The notes under the pieces are model-generated. The model was not told the origin of the DNA. It did no database searches and worked only from the letters and a program-made list of their open reading frames with translations. The position numbers and the translations under genes were made by a program. Of a DNA stretch of 64,000 nt, positions 11,901-23,000 are shown piece by piece. The stretch is from contig CP154954.1 in the NCBI GenBank assembly GCA_039621445.1, forward strand, positions 3,477,715-3,541,714, written 5' to 3'. The number at the start of each line of letters is the position of its first letter. The stretch's first letter is position 1. The stretch comes from Euglena gracilis. Taxonomy: Eukaryota.

Positions 11901-14900
11901 ACATATGCCCATGTATACATATATGTACATACAAATACATATATATACATATATACATATACGTATATGTACATACATATATATGCATGCATATACATAC
12001 ATTTTCATATACACATATTTTTGTATATATGCATATTATATTTATGTATTGTACATATTACATATATTATATATGCAGTGGTAGTGGTTACAGTCTTGCC
12101 CGCCAAGGAGTCGAGTGGGGGTAAAAAAGGCTGGGAGGATGGTCTGCCGATAGCAAGGTCGGCAGGCTTGACTTCGGAAGAGTTTGGAAGAAGGATTCGA
12201 TGTTGGGCACCCCAATCACCGCCGAAAAGGTTTAAAGTGACCCTCGCGCATCCGCCCCCGGCAAGGTTCTTTCCCATGGATGCATTCCGCGCTTCTGCCA
12301 ACAACACTCGCAGCAAAGGTGCCTGTGCCGGACGTCCGTTCGCATTGATCCTTTTTTGGCATCTTGGCAGTTTGTCAAGGTTCAGAAAAAGTTTTGCCGT
12401 TCGCCCACCTCGCCTGCCCAAGACCTTTATTCTTAATAGTGTGTGTTGCCTGACCCCCCACCGTTGGAGTGGCCCTTGGATGCTGATGGGGGGGGGGCGG
12501 GTACGGACACAATTTTGCAACGGATTTTTCTCCATCGGCGATGTCGGTGGGCAGGGCCGCATGGACCCCTTCGGATGGGGCACCTCAACGCGCTACCAGA
12601 ACGTCTCAGAACCTTTTCCCCATGTCATGAACCATGGATGAACAGAGTGAGGCACGGGGAGCTGTGGGGGGGGCGGCCCTGCACGCGCGCCGTAGATCTG
12701 GGCGGTGAGGGCGGGCGGCGTGAGGGCGCCGGAGGCGTGGTAGTGGGTGAGGCACTGCACGTACCGCCCCCGGACCCCGGCCGGCAGCTCCGTGCCAGGC
12801 CCCCTCTCCCGAAGGCCCCCAGCCCCGCGCACCGGCGGGGGCCTCATCGTCCAAAACCTCCAAACGGTTGGCACTTTGGTGATGCGGTCGTGGACTGCTG
12901 GGGGTGTTGGCGGGTATCCCTCCCCGGGCGCCCGACCCCCCTCCTCCGCACATGAAACTTTGCCACATAAGGTTGGCCCCCCAGGCTTACCCTCAAACAT
13001 GGCCCAGGCCAGGGGGGGGGGATGCTGGCAGGTATGGCCGGGGTGTGTTCGAAAACACGGCAAGCCCGCATCCAGAATAGATGGCCGAATAAATGGGTGG
13101 CTGGGATTGTAAGGCCATGGCAGGGATTGTTGGGATTTGTCACCGGAGGTTTGTTGGCCAGGCTGCCATTGGAGGGTGGGGGAAGAGTTCCCAGGAGGTC
13201 TGGGTTTGTGGACGCCTCAAGGGGTACTCTCCCCCGGCAGCACCCGACCGTCAGCTGAGACATGCCAACCCGGCTGGACTTCTGGATTTTTTTTGGGCAC
13301 CAGCCTGGGTCCAGCTGCCAGCTGGCTTGGATCCCCCCCCCCCCCGCTGGACCTCCACCCACAGGGGGGTGGGGACGGGGGGTCCGCAGCCCCTCTGAGC
13401 TGATGGCTGGAAGAAAAAAAAGGTGCTAAAAGCGAAGGCCAGAGGGCAACGACCTCCCCCCATGTGTCTAAAACAGGAGCGGGAGGGGGAGCCAGGGCGC
13501 AGCGGGCCATCTCGGCCAGGAAGCGCAAGGACATGTCGTCCAGGAACTGCACGTGGCGCACCAGCAGGGCCAGCCGGAGTCCCCCCTCCAATGCCCGCTT
13601 CACCAGCTCCACGCCCTCCCGGAACACCGTGAGCACCTGTGGGGGGGGGGGGGGTGGAGCGGCTGTGAAAAACTACTTTTTAGCATTTTCAAGCCACCCC
13701 CGGGGGCCCCTTCAATGCTACCAGCACAGCATAGCCAGGGGGTTGGGTGAGCACGACATCCCGCAGGGGGGTCGCTGAGCTCTTATCCCTTTATGGGTAA
13801 GAGCGAAACTCACCCCTGGGGAAAAGGGGGGTTGACCCCCCACCCTCCTCCCCCCCTGGGTCGGGGTCACCTCGGGAACCGGCAGATTATCATCATGATC
13901 CCAACGCCGTTGCCGGAATTTTTTTTTCAGTCGCGAGCGACTGCATTTCTAGTTTCCGAATCACCTCCGTTTGACCCCAAACTCCCAGCCAGGCCCGGGT
14001 TATTCACGGGCGAAGGGGTCCAAACTGGGTAGGATTGGCCCACCCCCCTTCCGACTCTGCCATTTTGCCTGGGTCCAAAAATCGGTCAAAAAATCGATTT
14101 TTGAAAATGTCTCGAGAAAATGTTCATTATCTTCGGAAATGTCGGTCTGACAAAATGTGCCCCTGGAGGCCCTATCACCCCCCGTTCGCCGTTTTGGCTG
14201 CCGACACGACACGCCTGGCCCGTGTTTTGGCGCACCTTCGCGGGTGTTTTTGGGGCCTTTTTGCTCAAAATAAATTTGTTTTCCAAAATATCTCGACAAT
14301 GAAGCAAAATCAAAGGAAAAGTCCAGAGAGCAAAAATGAAGCCCTTGGAATGCCCTATCCAACCATGGTTTACTTCTCCCCCTCTTCATGTAGCCCAAGC
14401 AGGCAAGGATAGTCATCCCCAGTTTTAGGTCTCCAGTGAGGTCCGGTGGGACCCGGTGGGATCCGGTGGGATCTGTTGGGATCCGGTGGGATCCGGTAGG
14501 GTTCTGCTGGGTTGCCTTGGGGGGGGGGGGACCAGGAAAAAAATCATGCAACAAGGTGGTTTAGACCGGATATTCCTTATGCATCATGCAGCGAGTGGAC
14601 AGCATAACCACACGCATGCCCCCCCATGGAGTCAGGGTCTTGGCCTCTTTTTTTTTTGTCCCACACGAGTCACCTTTTGGCTCTGTTTAGTTGCACATCC
14701 CTCTTTGCAGCATCAGACTTTGGGGGTGGTTCGAGACATGGGGGTGGGGGACACAGAGGGGGGGGCGGGGTGGATGCGGGTGTGGGAGGGGGAACTATGG
14801 CTCAACTGTCCACATAAACCTTCAATTTTCCTCAGACCGACCAAGAAATGTGCCCGGCCAAGCACCTGATCTCCACAGGTTCTCCTTCTGTATTTATGGC

Positions 14901-16749
14901 CCCAAATCTCCCCACCATACAATTTTTTACCGACCCCGGGGGGGGGGGTCACTCCACTTTTCAAAAAACCAGTCAGTCACTTTTTTGGTGAAGCCAGTCA
15001 GTCGCTACCCCCGGGGGATCACTTAGTCACTGTCCCACCCTCCCCCCCCCCCCCGGGGTGACTGGGGTTTTCAGAGTGACTGACTGTTTTTTTGGCCCGG
15101 CCCCCCTCCCCTCCCCCCGGGGGGGGGGGGGTCGGCAAAAAACCACAAAAGTGACCCGGCGCCGCCGAAGGCGCCGGAAATTTTTTCTGGCCTTTTTTTT
15201 TCATGTTTTGGGTCAAATTTCCTTTGGATTCCAGAGTGGCCGACCCCCCCTCCCCATTGTATGCTCCCCATGTCCTCCCCGCATCCCGGATATTTTGGAC
15301 CCTCCCCCCCCCCAGGTGAAGATCACCGTTTGGAACTTCACCGGGGGGTCCCGGACCCCCTCCCCCCCTAACCCAACAGTGAACTTCGACAGTGAAAAAA
15401 TCTCCGGTGGGATCCGGTGCGGTCCGGTGGAATCCGGTGGGATCCGGTGGCTGTCCTTGCCTGAGCCCGAGTTATGCCCATTTTTCAGTCAACTTTGGCC
15501 TGTTTCAGGGGCCACTTTGGGCCGCTTTTGGGGTCAAAAAAAAACCGATGTTTCCCAAATATCTCGGAAATGGAGCAAAATCAAAGGAAATGTCCGGAGA
15601 CCTAATTTTAAGCCCTTGGAATGCCCTATCTAATGGTACTTTGATTTCCCCGCAACTCCCCGCCAAGCCTGAAATATGGCCAATTTACGGCCCAAAACAG
15701 CGCGGCAGGCTTGCGACTTGGCCGTTTTCGGCAGTTTTTTGGGGGTCAAAAAATCAATTTTTATAAATTTATCAAAAATGGTGGGGAATCAAAGGAAATG
15801 TCCGGAGACCTAAATTGAAGCCCTTAAAATGCCCGATCTAACACTATTTTGATTTCCCTGTAACTCCCCGCCTAGCCCGAGTTACGGCCATTTTTCCGGC
15901 CAATTTTGGCCATTTTGTACAGTATTGGCTTGTTTTGACTAGTCGGTTTCGGAAATTGTTGGTCGAAAAGTCGGGGAAAAAACCGAAAAAAAAAATTGCC
16001 CAAACCGATGTTTTCTGGCCTCCAGGCCAGAAAAACTGTTTTTGACCCGAAAACGAGCGTTTTTTTTGACCCGCCAGTGCCCCGTTTTTGGCCCTAAACC
16101 CATGGAGTTTGAATCAGAAACAGGTCAAAAAATTCGAAGAAAAAAATAACAAAACGGGTAGGGGTGTATGGGGGGTTGCCATTTCAGAAATTACTGTAAA
16201 ATTACTGAATATTACCGTAAATTGCAAGTGTTTAATATGTAAATTATAAATTGCGCGAAATTTGCAATGCTAGTCCTTTCCGCCTCCCATTACGTGCAGG
16301 TCCCATTAAGAGCTCAGCACTGTTCAAAACACGGTTGGACCACAGGCCCTCCAAAAACACCACACAAAAAAAGGCAAATAAACAAAAATGGAAGCTAGCA
16401 TTGTTTGTGTTGTTTGTGTTGCTTGTGTTGTGTTTTGTGTGGTGTTTGTGTGTTGTGTATGTGTTCTGTGTGTGTGTTGTGTGTGTTGTGTGTGTTGTGC
16501 ATGTTGCGCGTGTTGCGCATGTTGCGCGTGTCGTGTGTGTTGCGCATGTTGTGTGTGTTGTGCTTGCTGTGCGTGTTGTGCTGTGTGCTGCACGTGTTGT
16601 GTGTGTGTTGGGTGTTATGTGTGTGTTGTGTGTGTGTGCGCGTTGTGAGTGTTGTGTGTGTTGTGTTGTGTGTGTGTGTGTGTGTGTGTGTTATGTTGTG
16701 TGTGTTGTGTTGTGTGTGTGTTGTGTGTCCGTTGGGTGTTGGGTGTGCG

Positions 16750-16782
<33 letters not shown>

Positions 16783-17026
16783 GTGTGTGTGTGTGTTGGG
16801 TGTAGTGTTGTGTGTTGTGTGTGTTGCGTGTGTTGTGTTGTTTGTGTTGTGTGTGTGTTATGTTGTGTGTGTATGTTTTGTGTGCATGTCTGTTGTGTGT
16901 GTTGTGTGTGTCTTATGTTGTGTGTGTTGTGTTTTGTGTGTTGTGAGTGTTGTACATGTTGTGCGTGTGTTGTGTGTGTGTTGCGCGTGTTGTTTGTGTG
17001 TTGTGTTTTGGTGTTTGTGTGTGTGG

Positions 17027-17062
<36 letters not shown>

Positions 17063-20000
17063 GTGTGTGTTGTTTGTGTGTGTTGTTCGTGTTGTGTGTG
17101 TTGCGTGTTGTGTGTGTGTGTGTTGTGTGTGTGAGTTTGTTGTGTGTGTTGTGCTGTGTGTTGCATGCTGCGTACTGTGTGCTGCGTGTTGTCTGTGTTG
17201 TGAGTGTGTGGGTGGGTGGGTGGGTGGGTGGGTGGGTGGGTGGGTGCGTGCATGCATGCGTGCGTGCATGCGTGCGTGTGTTCATGCGTGTGTCTGTGTG
17301 TGTGTTGGTGGTGGCGTTCCACCTTATTTGCATTGCAATGTGAAGAAATTTATTTTGTTTTAAAAAAATCACAGGGAGACGTGGAAAAGGCGAAGTAAAC
17401 GACAAAAAAGGTATGGCAAAAAAACCACTTATAGTTTGTTCCAGATCCTGACAGTAGCGAGGAAAATGATTCACTCATATCCCGCAGTGTCTTAAACCTC
17501 CACCGAGGCAGCATCACCTACTCTCAAGCAACCCTGGGACAGGGAGGTGGTGGTTAACGAGGTGGGGGTCAATCACAACCCGTCAACCATCCACAGGACC
17601 GCGGGATTCCTGTTCAGCCCTGGACGGGAAGGCTGAACCCCCAGCTTCAGTAACAGGGGGGGGGACGAAAGGCCTGGTGGTTGGGGGGGAGGGGCACCCG
17701 CCACCCATGGGGATTCCTGAACAGCCCTGGGGGGGGGGGGGGGACCGCCACACCTGCTGCTGCTCCAAGGCGTCCAACACCTGCTGCGGCAGGTCCCCGA
17801 GCGTCTGTGGCTGCGTCCGGGCCAGGGGGCGGCGCCGCCCCGGCCACATGTGCAGCTGTGACACCGTCTGCCCCTTTGCCAAGCCACGACCGAAAAGGGA
17901 CAAATATTCTGCCATTCGGCGCCTGGTCCACCCCCCACGGCGTCCGACAGAGATTGGAAAACCCCGGCCTCGGAGCAACGGTGGAGGTGCGGGAGGGGAT
18001 GGGTCACCCCCTGGAGAGGCCCCACGTGGCGAGGGTCCAGACCGTTGGGGCCGGGATGCCTCTCGAGGCAGACACAGACGTAGGGGGGGGGTCAAACCCA
18101 CCCTGCCAGATGCGAATCAACGGAATGTGTTTGTGTCAGAAGGGGTTGGAGAGTGTGCACAAGGATGGCGGGAAGCGTTGACACACACACACACACACAC
18201 ACACACAAAACCAAAACCTGGAAAATATTCACGGGTGTACAGAGTTGAGGCAGGAGAAACTTCAGTGCAAAAAAGGGCTGGCCACCCAGCAACAGACTCG
18301 TAGGTGACAAAAGCTGCGGTCTGGTCTGAGCATGGGGTGTTCAGTGAACGAGGGTGTTCGGTTGGACACGGGGAGCGGGCGTAAGAACGAACTGGCCCCT
18401 CGATCTTACGCCTCTTTAAGGACTCCAGGGGGTTGCTGGGCTAGAAATTTGGGCTGGCTGGAAATTTGGGCTGGCTGCCCCCCCCCCCCACGGGGGCTAG
18501 ACCCCGGCTGGAACTGATCTGGGCCAGGCAGGGCCGAAATCGGACTATTGCTTACCTACAGAGCACAGTTTTGAAAAAATGCCCATCTGAACAACCCCCC
18601 TAAAAACTCCAAAACACTGCAAAAACGCCATTTTTGGCCTTTCTTGAACACTTTTTTCAAAAAAATTTGGGCTGGGCCCTCCAAAAACAGGCTGGCTAGA
18701 TTGGCTAGCAGAACCCCCCCAGGGGTGCTGTTTCGGCTGGGCTGGGCCAAAATTGGGGCTGGCCGCCGTAGCCCCCCCGGGGTCTGCAAAACCTTAAAAA
18801 GATGTGTGCCCTCGATGGCCCCCCGAACGCCAGCCAGGGTTCCATCAGCTGGGCCACGTGCTCCACCACATGGAAGTCGCGGTCGCGCAGGACCCGCAGG
18901 CGGGTCGAGGGAGAATGCTGTTGGGGCAGGCTGTGTGCTCAGGAGAGGGTGGGGAGAACCGCTTCCCCGCAAAATGCACAAACCAATCCACCCGGATAGA
19001 AACATACTTCCTTATCCTTGATCACAGTGTTTCCCTTTTCCATTTTCCTCAAGAATTGCACACGACTGATAGTGTGAATCAAAAGCGTGTGGTGCAGCGC
19101 TGACTCCGGCTCGCAAAATTTGAAGCAGCAAAGTATATTATTTGGCTTCGTCTCTTTTGGTACGCCCAGAAAAAGAATGCAGACATCTAATAGTGCACCA
19201 AACCCATCCAACCCACACGCGCACGCGCACACATGCTCACACACACCCACCCAATAAGGTGTCATTCAGCACATTACATGCATGGTGCATGCATTGCAAA
19301 ATGAAATAAGACTGAGAAAAGCTACACAACTCATGCTGTGTCATGCTATGTCATCCACATGCACTCAGGTGGTCGCTGGTCCTTCCTCCAAACCAGATGC
19401 CTCCCTCTGCAGAACCAGCGTTTGCCTGACCCCCGGGGCCCCGTGATCAGGAAAGTTGTGCGCTGCCAGGACCCTCACGAAACAGCAGAAAGTGTGTGTT
19501 GCAAAGTGTGCTGCAACCTCCACAATATCTGGCTGAACAAAACCTTTGTCCTCCCACACCGCTTGGCCCTCCAGCAGTGTACAAAGGCAGAGGGCGCCGT
19601 AAACACCAATTGCGGCACGCACCATCGCCCAGCTTTTCAATCCAAACAAAGGAAAGGTTTTTTTTTAAGAACGGGGAGGGGGAGGAGGGGGTCGGCACCC
19701 ACCCATCCACACCCTGGGATGGGGCCCCCCAGAGGGGTCCTGGGGGACCTACCCACTTTTGCCCGAAAAATGGCCAAAAATGCTAAAAATAGCCTTTTCA
19801 GCGCCGAAAAAGATATAACCACCAGCCCCTACCCCGACCTCCCCCCCGGGGGGGAGGGTGTCCAAGGGACTCACCAACCCTGCCCCCCCCCCGGGGGGGA
19901 GGGGGTTCCAAGAGAGCGGATTGGCACAGGCTGACAGGAGCCCCCACCCTTGGGACCATGTGGCACATCCACCAACCAGACAATGCCCGCAGTGCGGCCT

Positions 20001-23000
20001 ACCCCGGGGGGGGTCCGACCCCCGCTTTTTTCCCTTTGCGCTTTGCTCTTGCCCGTAAACCTCTCCAAATAACACCCTCCCTTGGTGTGTTATTTGGGCA
20101 CCCGAACTGGGGCCCCAGAGGGGGTGTTATTTGGGGGGGGTGTTATTTTTACATGGAAAACCAAAGGGAAACTGGGGGGTGTATTATTTGGGGGGGTTAT
20201 TGGGGGTGTTATTTGGGAGGGGGTTATTTGGGGGGGTTACAGGGATAGGAGCTCCGCAACCCTCCGGATCTGTGCCATGGCTGGGTGGGCCTTCGCAGCC
20301 TGGCCCCCGGTCGAGGAGGGGGTCCATGCGCTGCAGGAGGGCGCGGTGGAGGAGGGGGCCGGCGGGGGCCGCCGCGGCGGGGGCCGGTGGGTAGGCGGCG
20401 GGGACGAAGCCTGGCACGGGTTCCGACGTCCCCTTCAGGGAGAGGCGCTGGGGGAGCTCCTACGGGCCGTGGCAGGAGCTCGGACGAGCATGCCTCCGGG
20501 CAGGCGGCAAACAATCCGGCGCAACAGAACAAGAACAAACGGACACATATGGAGAACGCAGAGTGGCGCACTGTATGCATGTTCGGTGCAATTTGTCCCA
20601 CCCCGGGTTGCGTGAAACATTGCAGACTGACGCCTTGGTTCATCAAAGTTATGCGTGTGGTTTGTGCTTGCCAGGCATCCGATGTGTGTTGTGCTTGCTG
20701 TGCTGTGTTGTGATGTGCTGTGGTGCTGTGCTGTGTTGTGTGCTGTGCTGTGTGCTGTGCTGTGCTGTGCTGTGCTGTGCTGTGCTGTGCTGTGCTGTGC
20801 TGTGCTGTGCTGTGCTGTGCTGTGCTGTGGTGTGCTGTGCTGTGCTGTGCTGTGCTGTGTGCTGTGCTGTGCTGTGCTGTGCTGTGCTGTGCTGTCTTGG
20901 TGCAGGGGTGCATTGCGCCGAACTGTGCAGTGTGCTGTGCTGTGCTCTGTGAACACATGTGCACAGGTGCACATTAGACGGCTGGAAATGCACTTTTCTT
21001 TGGGAGTCACAAAATTCTGGCAGTTTGAGTGAAAATGCGCATCCGCGCATTCTGGAAATGGAGTGCGCACGTGCGCATTCCGAATGGTTTTGTGCCTCTT
21101 CCAGACTGGGTGTAAACACCACAAAATTGAGCTGTTAGGATTCAACACGACCAGAGGGACCACCCCTTACATACTGGTTCAACTATGTATCGTGCTGTTT
21201 ACAGCTGTTTCACAACGACTGTGGCACAGTGCGTGGCTGGACACACACTCGGCACACTCCACACGACAGGCGGAAATCGGACAACGCAGGAAAACCTGGA
21301 CTGGGCGTGCCACCTTGTGTTCATCGATGTGTGCTGATGGCTTCTGGGGGCAGGGCCTGGTGAGCCCGGGATGAGCATGGGAAGGAACTCCTTGCAGTCA
21401 TAGAGACACAGCCCTCCCAAGGTCGAAACGATAGGTGTCACTGAGTGTCAAGGCCGAAGAACGCGTACCTGCGCATTTTTGGAATGGACACAGGCTGTGA
21501 GAAGGGGGAATGCGCACACATGCATTGACGTTGAAGGACGGACTGGGTATGGCCTGTTGTTTGCCTGCCTTGAATCCGAGTTGTGCACCGCCATGATGTG
21601 GTTTTGGGCTTGCAGAGCACGGGTGTGTGGGGGGGGGGAGATGAACCAAAAGAATCACCCTTGTCACCAATGTCGCTGTACCGACCACACCCTGAAACAC
21701 GACACTTGCAGCGGCGTGGAAAACCCTGGGCTCGGCGACTGCAGGTGTCAAGGCACAAATTCATGTCCTTCGGTGACAACTGCCCCCCTGCAGCTCAATT
21801 CGTCGAACAAATCAGAATGCGCACCTGCGCATTCCACTTCACCCACTGCAGTCCAGTGCCCAGCCCAGCCTACGCTGCTCTCGTGAACATGTGGAGCACG
21901 TCACAGTGCATCTGCAGCCGTACCCCACCCGGCGGAGGTGATGGGCCGGTTGCTGCCAGCGTTGTCCGACCCCACGCCCCAGAGCAGGCTTTTTTTTTTA
22001 CCAACCCAGTTGTGTCCGAGGACGAGGCAGCCCTGGAGCGAAACATGGCAGAGGAGGACCACCTGTGGCCAAGTTGGCAACAAACGCCACCCACCACACA
22101 GAACCCTTATTTATCATGTAGTCAGAGTGGACGCTCCAGCACTGAAAACAACACCACCCCTGGCTGCTGTGAAGACCAAAGTAAACACGTGTGCAGACAC
22201 TTTCTCCATGCACACCCATTCCGCAATAGACAATCAAATATGGCACATTGGGGTGAATGCGCACATGCACATTCCCTTCTTGTGCACAGGGTCATGCCAA
22301 ACAACTCACCACACAAGGTGGACGCACAGCCCAGGAGACGTACACCCTACCCTGGAGGCATCCACCTGTGCAATGATATGCCTCTGAAATCGCTAATAAA
22401 AAGGCCAGCAGTGCACCAGGGGGTTGCCCTGCCACAATGCTGTTCAGGAGTGCGAGACACTGCTTCCCACAACACAGAGAATGCGCACCTGCGCACTCCC
22501 CCTGACAGAATGTGCACGCGCGCACTCTTGTGGATGCCCAGCGCTGCTCCCCTCCTGCTCTCCTGCAGATAAAACCACAGTCAGCCAGCGAAGGAATGGC
22601 CTCAAGAGTGCGCATGCATTCTTGTGCCTCATGCAACCTCGGAGAGGAGCCATTTTATATTGTTTGTGAGGGCTGTTCTGGAGGGTGTAGTCTGTGGCAG
22701 AAAGGGTTGAAGCAGGGCTTCGCTCCGTAGCTTTAAAAACCAGTGATGCACAGGAAAGGCGTGCAAGCCAGCCCCCCCCCCTCCAGACCCAGCACCCCAT
22801 CCCAAACGTCACTAAACACAGGTGGTCCAACATGGTGACGTGCCGTGGTGCCTATGAGAAGGCACGTGCGGAGCGGAGGTCGTGCACCATTGGAGGGATG
22901 CCATGCTGCGTGTGTCGCGGAGGGGTGCTGTGCACAGTATGGAATGCAAACAGCAGGCTCCCTGTGGCAGGGCACCAAGTCCTCCCCTGCAGACACCTGG

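Larger units (their letters stand above)
1..20978 (+). repeat. Long direct duplication, copy 1
   Basis: Co-linear with 43897-64000 apart from homopolymer indels, noisy patches and an extra ~865 bp at 3158-4022. Confidence 0.98.

Noticed and set aside
16251-17474. Long Cys/Val- or His/Thr-rich ORFs (also 9419-10209, 20224-21163, 59274-60496)
   Set aside because: They are translations of stop-free microsatellites.
21583-22572. 329-aa ORF as a transposase
   Set aside because: No recognisable DDE or DNA-binding motif, and it reads through several palindromes.
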